64,000 bases of DNA from Leucoraja erinacea (Eukaryota). Every line of letters begins with the position of its first letter. The first letter of the stretch is position 1. Location: NCBI RefSeq assembly GCF_028641065.1, contig NC_073378.1:83948001-84012000 (forward strand), written 5' to 3'. A model generated the notes under the pieces. It had not been told where the DNA came from. It worked only from the letters and a program-made list of their open reading frames with translations, and made no database searches. The translations under genes and the position numbers were made by a program. Shown piece after piece: positions 36,308-49,317 of the stretch.

Positions 36308-39300
36308 AAATGCACTTTTAATGCAACCAAATTCTGCGCTTTTCGGTGTATGTTTTACCTTCGGTGTCTTCCGCTTTCAAAGAGTAGTATTTTAAGGAAA
36401 GGGTGCGATATAAATACATTCTGCACTATATACAAACTGGCACATTGCAGATTATGCTACAAAATGGCAGCAATCAAATAGGCAGCTCTTTTACATACGG
36501 GTTAGACACGGCTAAAGGCCAAGGTCAAGTTGAAAGTTGCAGTCTAGCCAAAGTGAGTGCTGTCATTCACGCGTTGACGACCATGTCTGAATTCTTATAA
36601 AGGCACGCCGTGAGAATTGACTTCTTCATTACCGTTTTGTTTGTTTTCTTTTGTTTTCACTCACAACCCTCTAAATGAAAAAAAGTCCACTGACCATACC
36701 GTCATCATTTCCAGGCTGTTTCTGCATGGTTGGTAAAGGATGTGAAATGGATGCAGTCGCTTTGAGATACATTGCAAATTATACAACATTACATCCGGTT
36801 TAAATGCACTGTTTACGAAAGCTCTTGTTTTGAACTGAGTGCACCATAGGCACGTCTATGTTACTTGGAAAGGTAGGGGCAATCGGAACACGCTTAACTA
36901 TACTGATGAACACTGCGCCAAATATTGAGGGCCATGCTGCGGTGCCAGGAGTCATCTCCAGGCACGGTTTCAAGCTATTATTGGATCCGTACATCAGCAA
37001 TGAAAAGCTTACATTCTGACAAGGTGCAATATCGACATGTCTAAAAGGTAACCGTGTCTAAGAGATAACTCTTAAGAAGTAAATGCTTACGTCTCGTAAG
37101 AAAGGTATCTTTAGAACCATGCAAAATATCAATTTAGTCTTATAATCGTTGTCTACCGTTTTGCTTTCAAGTGTTTTATAGTATTTCACGCGTAAGCACA
37201 CGACCTCGATATTTGCAATGTGTTATCAACCTTTTTTTTTTGGTTTGGCTTTTCGGAACGATGTTGTGAATAATATCGCTTAATTGCTCAGAATGTGTGT
37301 CTGCAACCCAAACTATCGCAGAAGCAAAACTTGAAGTAACCAAGTTGTGAGAATGTAATACTAATTAACGGGTTAATAAATCGCTACCGCTAAAATACGT
37401 CAACAACTGTTTTCCAATAAGAATATTAGTTTGAAGTCTCAATTCATAGCATTAACGTCGGTTTCATTTCCAACATTTTTTGGGGGTGGTTGGGTTCATT
37501 GGTAAATTGATTTCCCATTTTCGAATAATAAAAATGTTTACGTGATCAGGAATTATTAAATCTCCAAATTGCATTGGTCAAATATCTCTGGGCACCTATC
37601 TGTCATAGTTCTTTGAATCAATACTACGTGGCTGTTAGAACTTAGTTTTCCAACATTATAAACCATCTATCCAAAGTCTGCAGAGTTAAAACTATTTGCA
37701 GCATGCCATAAAAATATGCTTAGACCACGCGTTCTCAAAATTACTGCTTTGTTCTTTAGGAAAATCTGTCTGGTTTCTGCCTATCAAGGGGAAATATCAC
37801 CCACTTCTTCTCGGGACTGAGTCTAAAGGGATAATCAACATGCATGGTTTTTTTTTCTCCCACCATTATTGTTAATTAATGCTACAAATTACATATGACA
37901 ATCTAATGGTTGTTTGATAAATAATTTACTGGGCAACAATTTGATATCAGATTTTATGTCACTAAGGTCATATGGTAAGTCATTCCATTTATAAAATACA
38001 ATCATAATGTATTCACTGCTCCTAGAAATATCTCATATCGTTTTATACTCCTGTTTATAAAGGTAAGGCGATGTGTTAACTCCACCAAAAAATACGTTGT
38101 GCTGCTCAATTATGCATGTACTACATTTAATAAAGTCATTTCTCCATTTTGGCCGCATTCATTGCAGTAACATATATGATGGTATTTCCTAAATCAATTA
38201 ACTTGCAATACTTTTATATGTCTGTGTGTGCATCTTACGAGTCATATTTGGGATATTTATACGACTGTTTATTCAGCACTGCACATTGATAACTCAAAAG
38301 ACCCTGCACATGATTCCTTTCTGAAATATTTTGAAATATCCTGGAGCCTAAGTGAGATCAAAGAAAATGATTAATTTGTTTTGCTGCCCATGAACACATT
38401 TTGCAAAATTGTAACATTTGTATCAATAATTGTAGGTGCAACACAGATTGAACATGGTTCCTCTTTCATCGCTTAATACTTATAGATATAAGAAACATGC
38501 ATTCATCGTTATATTGAAACATGTCGTCAAGATAGACTTTATAGATATATTGATATCACTGGAGAATCACGGTCACTTGTGAGACTCAGATTTGGCAGGG
38601 AATACGTATATGCCATAAATGTTTGCATTACTGCAATTGTCAATCTTATTGTACAGCAATACACAAATATTTTGCTTGGGAATTTGTATCGTATTGGTCA
38701 CTGTGAAGCATTGACAAGTTTGAAACTAACAATTCCCATTTAATCCACATTTATTAATGTCAGTCCAGTATTCAACACAACATGTCATTCACCTACATTG
38801 GCAAATAAACCTTAAGGATATAATTTATTGAATTAGAACGAATGTGATAATTACATTCGTATATGTACTTTACTTGGTTTTTCGCGCAGGTATGTGCGTG
38901 AGGAGGGGGCTGTTTACACATGGTATTACCTTATTTATGCATATTGTATGCAAATGTATTGTCAATGTTGCCATCTGAAATGGGTGAACATTTAGAAAAA
39001 AAGATAGTTGTTGCACACTGACAACTGCTTCATAACAACCATTACCCATTGCTATACGGTTATCATTGATATTATTACATGTAAATTAGCCCTTTAATTA
39101 AACAACTCAATTTGCAAAGAAAACACACCGGCTTTTCTGCAAATGTATTCTCACGAAGTACAACTGGAATCTTATTTATCAAACAACTTGCTATGCGTAA
39201 TAAGAAACCCAATTGTGCACATGTTTTGTTTTATTCGAAATTTGCCGCTAATTTAAATTTTAGCCATCTGTTCATACCTTTCCAGGGGTGGGGGGCGGGG

Positions 39301-39400
39301 GCTGCACCTTTTATACTTTAAACCTAACGACAATGTCATTTTTTTCGTCTCTTCGTAAACATTCGTCAAAGGTACATAAAAGGACATTTTCTGCGTAACA

Positions 39401-39477
39401 ATAGACACAAAAAGCTGGACTAACTCAGCAGGACAGGCAGCATCTCTGGAGAGGAGGAATAGGTGACCCTTCTTCAG
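39401..39477 (-). mobile_element. Copy of the Penelope-like short repeat with an internal deletion
   Basis: ATAGACACAAAAAGCTGGACTAACTCAGC...GGTGACCCTTCTTCAG is the reverse complement of the 27105 family, with stem II/GAAA deleted. Confidence 0.75.
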
Positions 39478-39577
39478 ATTTTGTTTTGGAACTGCAGTTC
39501 ATAACTGCATTATTAGTTATAGTTAGTTGGAAGCTAACGAGCCTTTTCTTCTCTCGCGCACATCTTCCCGAAATCAG

Positions 39578-39770
39578 AGGTACACAGAAATGCCGGAGAA
39601 AATCAGCGGGTGCAGCAGCATCTATGGAGCGAATGAAATAGGCGAAAGAAGGGTTTCGGCCCGAAACGTTGCCTATTTCCTGCGCTCCATAGATGCTGCT
39701 GCACCCGCTGAGTTTCTCCAGCATTTTTGTGTACCTTCGATTTTCCAGCATCTGCAGTTCCTTCTTAAAC
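39578..39770. mobile_element. Head-to-head pair of the Penelope-like repeat (66-bp inverted arms)
   Basis: 39578-39643 is the near-perfect reverse complement of 39671-39736. Confidence 0.85.
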
Positions 39771-41195
39771 ATCCCGAAATCGGAATTCGGTCTGCCATTA
39801 CAAATTGTTACTCCCATTTAAAAAAAGATTGGACCCCTTTAAGACATATTTTCGCTTTTGCTTCTTATTCTAATACCAACCCTCCCTGGTTTGTTCGTCT
39901 GCTATCCTGCTCAAACGTCACCATTACCACACCCTCGCCCATACCCCAGCAAACAGAGACAAATTCACCATAATCGCTACTAATTTTGCATGTTCGTTTT
40001 GTCGTTGTACTTCAGGGGTCAGAAAGCAGGTTTCCTCGACAGAACTGTTGGGCTTTGCCATCTGGAAATTGATATTATGGATTCCCTACTTTTAACTGAG
40101 TTCTTGGGTGGCCAGGCCAGGCCAGGGAGAATCATTGCTTCGAGCTGCGAATGAATAAGACTTAATTATTTGATTTAATTGGTCTACTGTCTTATAGACT
40201 TTTACTTAGCATGATTGTGTCTAATGTATAATAGGATCGTCACTGAATTGAATGGAAAAATGCATTTCACTGTACTTAGGTGTACATGACAATAAAGTAC
40301 AATTAAACCATTGTCATATTCACTATGACGTTTATAATTCCTACCTAAAAATTCATAACCAGCGATTACATGGTAGTGTTTAATGCATTATTTTGCGTCA
40401 ATGGGCCAAAATGTACAATATGTGCACTTTTGATAAACAAAGAAGGTTTATCAGAGTTGTAACTATCAGCTTTGAGGTACCGAATCTCAATTTTCTATAA
40501 ACATATAAACTAATTGCTAAAACTCCTTAGGTAGTTTTACATACATATATGTGGAGTTCTGTCTTCCTGTCTACACTCATAATAAACTCAAGGGAAACGA
40601 TTCAAATATTATGGAAATTTAAAAAAATCATCCATAGGTTAAGACCCATATTTTATAAATATGGAACATCAATAAATTTAAGTATATACGAATTACGATT
40701 AAAAAAGAAAAAAATGTTTTTTGTGATGTTGTGCAACTGGAATTCACACTATATTAAATCAACATTTTATGCATTGTATACATGTATTAAGTGCGAAGCT
40801 AGACTAAACGCCAAAGGTGCTTTGGTATAATTCATTGCAAATGTCTTGGACGATATTAGGACACGTCATTCATTTGGTACTGTTGCATTAGCATTGATTT
40901 TAGTACACAATGTACATTAATTGCAAATATTTAATATATTGATAACTATGTTTCTTAACTTTAGTTGCTGTCGCTTTTTTCCTATACACTATATTGGTAA
41001 GCTAGATATATGAACTAGTTTTGGACATTAATATATCTTGAAAATGTCATATCTAATATTTAACTCCCGGTTATTGGAACGCATATGTGTGACTGCAAAA
41101 TCCAGAATGGACACCTGCGATATATATATATATATAGATATATACATTTTCCAGAGATGCTGTCTGTCCAGCCTTTTGTGTCTATCTTCGGTTCA

Positions 41196-41393
41196 NNNNN
41201 NNNNNNNNNNNNNNNNNNNNNNNNNNNNNNNNNNNNNNNNNNNNNNNNNNNNNNNNNNNNNNNNNNNNNNNNNNNNNNNNNNNNNNNNNNNNNNNNNNNN
41301 NNNNNNNNNNNNNNNNNNNNNNNNNNNNNNNNNNNNNNNNNNNNNNNNNNNNNNNNNNNNNNNNNNNNNNNNNNNNNNNNNNNNNNNNNNNNN
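41196..41393. other. Assembly gap preceded by a partial repeat copy (41150-41195)
   Basis: Run of N. Confidence 0.99.
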
Positions 41394-41527
41394 TCATTAA
41401 TTCTTGGAGAATTGTCGCATTGTATACTATCCAGCAATTATTTACGATGCACCTCCATTAGGTAATAGCTAAATACGAATACTTATTCAAAACCAGTTCA
41501 TCGTTGCTCCTGTAATTTGTATTATGA

Positions 41528-41870
41528 CATAGAAACATAGAAAATATGTGCAGGAGTAGGCCATTCGGCCCTTCGAGCCTGCACCGCCATTCAATATGAT
41601 CATGGCTGATCATCCAACTCAGTATCCTGTACCTGCCTTCTGTCCATACCACCTGATCCCTTTGGCTACAAGGGCCACATCTAACTCCCTCTTAAATATA
41701 GCCAATGAACTGGCCTCAACTACCTTCTGTGGCAGAGAGTTCCAGAGACTCGCCACTCTCTGTGTGAAAAATGTTTTTCTCATCTCGGTCCTAAAGGATT
41801 TCCCCTTTATCCTTAAACTGTGACCCCTTGTCCTGGACTTCCCCAACACCGGGAACAATCTTCCTGCAAT
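41528..41870 (-). mobile_element. CR1-type LINE 3' end, 5'-truncated
   Basis: ORF2 C-terminus SRTRGHSLRIKG...FFTQRVASLWNSLPQKVVEASSLAIFKRELD, 3' UTR hairpin region, (TTTCTATG)n tail. Possible TSD TATGACA at 41523 and 41876. Confidence 0.9.
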
Positions 41871-44800
41871 CTTCCTATGACAAGACATAGTTACACACAT
41901 TATCTTCTCGGCGACGGGCTTGGTCTTTGAATTTATGTGGAAACATTTCGAAACAAACATCTGCACATCCTCGTTTACAGTTGCCTCCGATAAAGGTTGC
42001 ACAAAAGGATGGTCCGATTATTTCCTCTTTCTCCAACAAAGATGTTTCCTGGGTAGTAAAGCTGTACCTAGTCAGCTTACCTACAGGCTGTTGAAAAACT
42101 GTCATAACATAATGATAGCATGTTACTATTACATTGTACGGTCGCTTTTAGACCCAATCCCTTCTTTATGTCAGCTTATGTACCCCAAATGTAAAACACG
42201 ATCGACTTGGTACTAAACTCGGTCCTATAGTCGTAGATTGGCGCTCTTTCTGCTGCATGGAGGCAGCGTGAAAATACAATAATCAGAAGATCTAATTGAA
42301 GTCTTCCATGTCGAAAATTAATTGAGTATTTGCGCGAGGTACCTAGTATCAGGCAGTGTGATACAGGTAGTCCAATAGCATGTGAGGTCTTCTATTTCAT
42401 AATATTTCAAGGAAAGATGAGACTGCTATGATTCGCAAATGTATTGCACATTTTCCGACTATTTAATAGATGGTAAATTATTTTAATTAACACAAAATAC
42501 TGCATTTATTGATACAAACCGCAACACAGATGATTTTATTTGGCTTTTGTTTTTGGTTGATCGACAATTTACTGAATCTTTCTAAATTAATTTATCCTGA
42601 AAATGTTTGATTGAAAATGTTTTAAATCGATCGTAAACTGTCTCCAGTGACTAACTCGTTCACTGTGCATCCCCACCATACCGACAGAAGGCAGGTTATG
42701 AATTATTTCCCGTTGGATTAAAGAATCAGTGATGCCACCAGGATATCGTCAGTCTCTTCATCGGGATATATCTTAATCTGACGAGTCAGATAAGAAAACC
42801 GAGGAGTCTATATCTCCACAGAAACCCTGTCTGACCCTTGCATGTTCAGCCAAGTTCCAGGCCAGTCAAGGAGCTCTCGTGAATGACTGCATCTCAACTA
42901 TTCTGATACACAAGAGCAGGGTCTATACAAACTCTTGACTCGAAAATTCGATCACAACCGTAGGGAGTCACATCAAATCTTTGAGATGCCGGAGAGGGGA
43001 TCAATAAAAATAGTCACTGTCACTTTGGGAAGAAGTAAAAGCTAGATACGTACAACTCGTAGTTCTGAGCCAAATTATCCCTGTAACTGCATTGTAGCGA
43101 CACAACTTTGCCGCTAGATGTCTTCAAAGTTAAATGGGAGACTTTCAAGAATGCCGTTCTTTCCCGAATTAGGAGTATCGCCCACAAGTATCGTTGCTGT
43201 TAGCTGATTGTTGGTTTTGTGTTTACCTGGACCTAGTTGAACAGCACGTATGAATGCAGAATTCAATCTTTTTAACGCGCTGCACAAAGTTGTCAATGAT
43301 GAAACAGGGCGCATCATTCGCTTATACAATTGCATCATTATGTTACACTAACTGGTGAAATAGAAAGGTAAAGCTGCAAACAGGCCTCCAGTATTCGAGG
43401 CAAGAACAGCGAGGTAGTCACCAGATTTACATTGCCAGATGCAGAATATGGGCCAACGTCAGAAATGTTATTTCCATCGAACTCAAGATTTACATTTACT
43501 TTGCAGTAGATTTGCGCAGTTTACCTGCAGAGGGACATCTGTGCTGAAACGGAATATATGAAATATAGTTGGGCAAATGGCCCTGCTCCAGCTAATTTAG
43601 CAAAAGGACACGGGAATTTTGAGATTTATTGATCATTAATTACATCTGGCAGAGCACCTAGGCTTTCATCAAAGGCACCTAAATTACTTTTAAACAAATA
43701 TTCAGACCCTAAGCAATAAAATGCTTAGTGCCGAACAAAAGGAGTGTCCTTGGTGTCCTGAGCTAGTTAAAACTATCCAAAGTAGTCATCCGTTCTCGTA
43801 CTTTTTAGTTGGCATTGCCGATTTTTTTGCACGACGTTCTTTCACCAAAATCCCCACCCCAAATATCTCTAATAAAACAGAGCGAGCATTTCCTTCTACC
43901 GAAACTATATTTTGCCTTTCAATTTTACATCGTTTTCATCTGTCGACTGAAACAGTGCTCTTCGCTCTATAAATATTACTGCATCATTACTTAAATTAAG
44001 CTTTGGTGTTCGATTTCATTGATCACAGTGAAATAAATCATTCCAAATGTTCGAAGAGAATAGGAATGTGAAACGAATCCAGAAATTGCTGAACGTGTAA
44101 TTCACCTTAAATACGTTCTTTAAACAATAATTTATTTTTCCTAGGACTACGTTTCAAGTTTATGATATCCTGAAACAAATTAAAAACACCCGCATTGAAA
44201 CGAATTTAATGCCTCATAGCTGGATCTCTGAATTATTTAAGATCATATCGTTTTCAACGAATCATTGTCGGAAACAGGAACGAGCTAAGCGGGTGTGGTC
44301 TCTCAACATATAATCGCTCGGGATGAGGGTCGAGATGGTGATAGGGGGGAGAGAGATATCTGAGAACAAAGATCAGCTCATTGGTAAAATAAACCAAGCC
44401 TCAACTTGGTTTCGTCGGCTGGGGCAATGTATTATTTTTTTTTCTGAGCGCATCTGATCATTGTATGCATAAACTCCTGTTCCCGTTGATTTCGTTAGAT
44501 CCAAAGAATGGATTGCTTGAAATAAACCCGAAAACATCGATCGAAATATGGGTGCTGGCAAGTCAACTAGCAGCTGATTGGTTTAAACGCATTCGACCAC
44601 TTCCCGAAGGTGTTTTATTGCTTCAGTGTGTTGTGGGCAGATTGGAGTAAAGGGCACAGTGTAAAGCATATTGCTCCTTTCATTCTCTCCAATGCTTCTT
44701 ATCAGCTGCACTCCAACCTCTCAAAACCTAATAATGTTTGACTGGTCTCGTGTCACAAAACTAATAAGCTTATGCCCATTAATTGAAATATTTCAGTGCG

Positions 44801-47164
44801 CAATTATTATTGCCGAACACGTGTTTTAGTTGGCTCTACCTTGCCTTCGCTTTTCGAGAATTTGTTAATTATACCATTTCAGATAATGCAGGTAAATTCT
44901 TTGAACAAATAGTATTTGTAGTTCAAAGGCACGGTCACAGTCACACTGCTTTCCATTCCAGGAAGTCAAAAATATCCCCCCAGTGACAATTATAGACCAT
45001 AAAAATGCACTAAAACCATGAGTTATTACCAAGATTAATGTCAGTGTGTAGTGCAAATGAAATTGGACTGTTTTAACGTTGGTTTATGCATTGTGGGTGT
45101 GTTGTTTTTAAACTGTACATGTTAAATAATGCTAAAGCGGTGCGGTACCGATAAAAAAAAATCCCGTAGATTTTGCTCTATGTCTTTTGAAAATCGTGTT
45201 AACGTTACGCTTGGTAATGGTAATGCTAGAAATCTCAAGACTCTTCCGACATAACACAGGCGAACGCATCTTCATTTTTCAATTAACTACAGATTTAAGG
45301 CACTTGTGAAAATGCTGCCGCGACAAGCACAAGGCCCCCCAGCGAGAAGTCTAACATTTTCTATAAGGTAAGTCACCGTTTTTTTCTTAAACTCACAGCT
45401 CACAACGCAAGTACCTAAACCTGTAGATTTTACAAGGCAAGCAAACTTGCGTAAATACGCGTGCTTTAATTAGTTTAGACGAAGATGAAAAACCGTTTAA
45501 AAATGGCATAGTCTAGCCTATTTCACACTGCAGTCAAATCGTTTTCCATTTAGATCATTTACTGGAGAAGCAAATGTAATTATATAAAAATCTTTAATAT
45601 CCATTAAATTGCTTCCTGAAAGAGTCAACAATCAAATCACAGCCCACCTCTACCATTGCTTCTATGCTATTCCAGTGGTTCTTAAATACATTCCGGAATT
45701 CCTTTATTTCCGTTTAGAGTTCGGTTGCTTAACGTCACGATCATTTTATGTTCCCGAAAAAAAACGAACATCAGGGTTATATCAATACCAAGTATATCTT
45801 CATTGTTTTTGTATCCTACCGCAAAAATATAGAATGGAATGACAACAATCTAAAAATTAAGGAAAAGGTTCGTAAATATATATTGCTTTGTCAACCACAA
45901 TCACGTGCAAAAACTCGGGAAAATTTCAATAAATTATTCTTCGTGACAGAAAAAGGAAATGTTTCTGAGAAAAAAAAACCCAGTTCAATTTGTGCGAGGA
46001 AAAGGTGCAATACGAGGCACGTAGCCTCTGCCAACTGGGGTTCGGTAGCATTATGGGGTAGTAATGTGAACCAACAGGAGGGGGAGCAAGAGGACAGCGA
46101 GTGACAACCAGAGCACCCGTGGAGCTCTGCGAGGCGTGAAACACAGATGCAGCGAGAGCTTCTGGAGTTTTCTGAAACAGCAGGCAAACAACGTTTGCTG
46201 TATTGCTCGCCTCGTTCTAATCCTTCCACAGTATATTCAGATGTCTTATTTCACCTCGAAACATATATACGCATCGCCTTTTGTTGTACATATTTTATTC
46301 GCTGCTTCAGAAATAATTTAACAGGGTGGCTATTATAGAAATATTGTTTCTGGTCATATTTGACTTTTGTGATTTCGGTTTTTACTGCTTTGTGAAGTCT
46401 ACTATGCAATGTGACGTTTTGCACATATTTCTGAATGATTATACATAACATGACAGCTTTGCAAATACACGCAAAATATTTATTTTTTCTCCAACCATAA
46501 ACAAGTGATTTAGATAAAGCATACATGCATTTCTTTCAATTACAAAGATCTTCCCTGTTGGAGGGAATTTGAAAATGACAATCTCGGCGGTGCGTTGTGT
46601 CCATTTGACTGCTTCCCTGTCACCAGCTGTTACGACGGGGAACTAATTAAGCGTGTACAATTAGAATCGATCCAGAGGGAAGATGACTAATATCCAACCA
46701 ACCCAACAGACCATGAGTAGTCGGGAATACAACTAATATGCGCCAAGACTCATCCACAGTTATTGAATGAGGCCCAGCTAGGGTGCTTTTCCAATCTCAT
46801 GCCTGCTTGTTACAACTGCTTGCATTTCCCTATCACAATTAAATTAATTAAATGTCCTAAACTGCTTTATAGGAGCATTGTTGGACAAAACGACAGACAC
46901 AGAGACAATGACGGTGATGGGCTGCTTGGTCAAAATAGGAGATTATTAGTTTCTAAGAAAGGAGGTAGAAAGGCCAAGCAGCTGAGGGAGGAAGAGTCAA
47001 AACTTGAGCCCTTTGGGCTGAAGGTGCAATTTCCAAATGACTAATAAATGGACAGGACGCCAGAATTGATCAAAGGTGGAGCTTGGAATGTTGTAGAACC
47101 TGCTGAGGTTGCAGACGTAAATGAGAGAGTCTTACATTCTGAATGGGACCAGCCCAGGTGCCAA

Positions 47165-47385
47165 CGGTGAGCATGGATAAGATGGGCCGAATGGCATGTT
47201 TCTTTGCTGTATGGCAGCTGAACAATTCCATAGAGGAATTGAAACTGAAGGATTACGTGATCTATGCACTATAAACAGCTCGATTGTAATCATGTTTTTG
47301 TCTTTCTGCAGACTGGTTAGCACGAAACAAACGCTTTTCACTGTACCTGCACTGCACACGTGACAATAAACTGAACTGAATTGAT
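47165..47385 (+). mobile_element. Adjacent LINE 3' tails (CR1-like, then Rex1/L2-like)
   Basis: ATGGGCCGAATGGC...TGCTGTATG, then TTTCACTGTACC...GTGACAATAAA(CTGAA)n. A similar tail lies at ~40220-40310. Confidence 0.6.
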
Positions 47386-48104
47386 CTTCAAATGTGATGA
47401 GGGCAATGAGGGCAAAACCCTTGATCGTGCAAACTCATTCACCCTGTCCAGATTTGGTGTCCACAGTCCCTGCCTGCAATTATTTGACGCAAATGCAGAG
47501 GATCTACGTGGATTGCTGTCCACAGCCTGGAGTCCCACTGCTTAGCACACATGGTGACAGGGCCTTGGGTGGTGCTGTGAGGTCCCAACTCTAAAATTCC
47601 CTTGACGGCTGTAAATGGGTTCAGTAATTTCAACACCTTTAAAATGTCAGATATTCAGGCTAATTTAAAGAAATATTATTAAAATAAAAATAAAAATAAA
47701 TAATTTAAATGTACATATTTTAAAATAAAAAGTTAGTTAATTAAAATGCAAAATGTGCATAAATAATTAAAATCTTAAAAATAATGCACAATAATTTTGT
47801 TTTAAACTTACCCTCTCTCTTGCCTCCCAAATGTTTCCTCTGCAATTCCCACTGAAATAATTGAGTTAATTGATCTGAATAACCATTTCCCTGTGCAGTG
47901 CAAGGATATCCTCAGCAAAAATGGGATCTGTGGTTGAATTCTATGGAGATCACTTCTATGGAGTAAACGAACACATTTAGCCGTTCACTGCAGAGATATC
48001 AGACACCAGTACTGAGTTTCCTTTCAAAGTTTGACCATCGGCTGGCAAATGTATATGTAATCTGGCCCAATATAATTTGATCATTGTATTTAGCAAAATA
48101 AACC

Positions 48105-48256
48105 CTGTCTTAATGTCTCCTCCAAAGGATGCTAACAATGCTCTATGCTACACTGAAATGTCAGCCAAGATTATTTGTTAAAATCTGTAACGGATGTTGA
48201 GGCTGCAACCTACTGACTCAAAAGGGAAAATGCTAAAAAATCAGCCAATCTGACAT
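48105..48256 (-). mobile_element. Degraded DeuSINE (SacSINE1-like) 5' region
   Basis: TTAATGTCTCCTCCAAAGGA...CACTGAAATGTCAGCC...CAACCTACTGACTCA...TGCTA...AGCCAATCTGAC resembles the recalled reverse complement of the tRNA-derived head. Confidence 0.5.
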
Positions 48257-48866
48257 AGTAAATGAGCTGAAGGATTTAAGAGCAGATTCCATGCTCACTA
48301 TTCCTAGCAGGGAACAACATCCACAGGGACAGCAATGTGGGAAATAGTGTACATGGGGCCTGTGGTTTCTCATCCATTCATCTTAATAGATGGAAAATCA
48401 CCGACTGTGCACCTACAATTTCCTGCATTGTGCTTCCTGTGACTGCTGCTCCCTGCTGGGAGTGCAGGATCAGCCTTTAGGGTACAGGTACAGAAATCAT
48501 TAAAAACTAGCTTGCAGGTGCAAACAGAACCATTTAAAGTTGAAAGAATGCTGGACCAACGCAGAAAGCATCAAATCTAAATGTCTGAATGTAGCAGATT
48601 TGGACTTAAAATGTTTTGTTTTGCTTTATGCATTTTTAATTTGCCAGGAGGACTGTGTGTGTGTGCGTCTTGGTGCTACTGCTGCTGCTGTGCATAATTC
48701 ATTTTGCTTTAGCTATTATTGTTGTCATTGTTAGTTTTACTGCTGTCATTATCATCTTGCCCTTTCTGAGCCTGAATCTGAAGAATACGAACAATTGATT
48801 CAATTTCAGAATGGACGATGTACTATGCTTGAGCTGCAGAATATTCTGCTTGACATTTCCATTTAT

Positions 48867-49260
48867 GTCAAGTCAAGTCAAGTCAAGTCAAGTTTATTTG
48901 TCACATACACATACGAGATGTGCAGTGAAATGAAAGTGGCAATGCTCGTGGACTTTTGTGCAAAAGACAAACAACCAAACAACCAAACAAACTATAAACA
49001 CAATCATAACACACATATTCTTTTACATAATAAATAATGGAAGGAAAAACGTTCAGTAGAGTTAGTCCCTGGTGAGATAGGCGTTTACAGTCCGAATGGC
49101 CTCTGGGAAGAAACTCCTTCTCAACCTCTCCGTTCTCATCGCCTGGCAACGGAGGCGTTTGCCTGACCATAGCAGCTGGAACAGTCCGTTGCAGGGGTGG
49201 AAGGGGTCTCTCATGATATTGTTGGCTCTGGAATTGCACCTCCTGATATATAGTTCCTGT
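48867..49260 (-). mobile_element. Rex1/Babar-like LINE 3' end
   Basis: (GTCAA)n tail with AATAAA. The minus frame reads SGKRLRCQAMRTERLRRSFFPEAIR. Confidence 0.8.

Positions 49261-49317
<57 letters not shown>

Noticed and set aside
40521-40560. TAGGTAGTTT (miR-196-like 5' end) inside a weak inverted repeat
   Set aside because: The match stops after 10 nt and there is no proper complementary arm.
44373-44520. QVEAWF and DQMRSEKK resembling homeodomain helix 3
   Set aside because: The motifs are in the wrong order and very short; likely chance.
46040-46230. CSGC...GSHYYP resembling Hox13 exon-1 motifs
   Set aside because: It needs a frameshift, the spacing is short, and the downstream motifs (DVP, YQPW) are missing. 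It is weaker than the 36.9-kb candidate but worth including in a Hox14 search.
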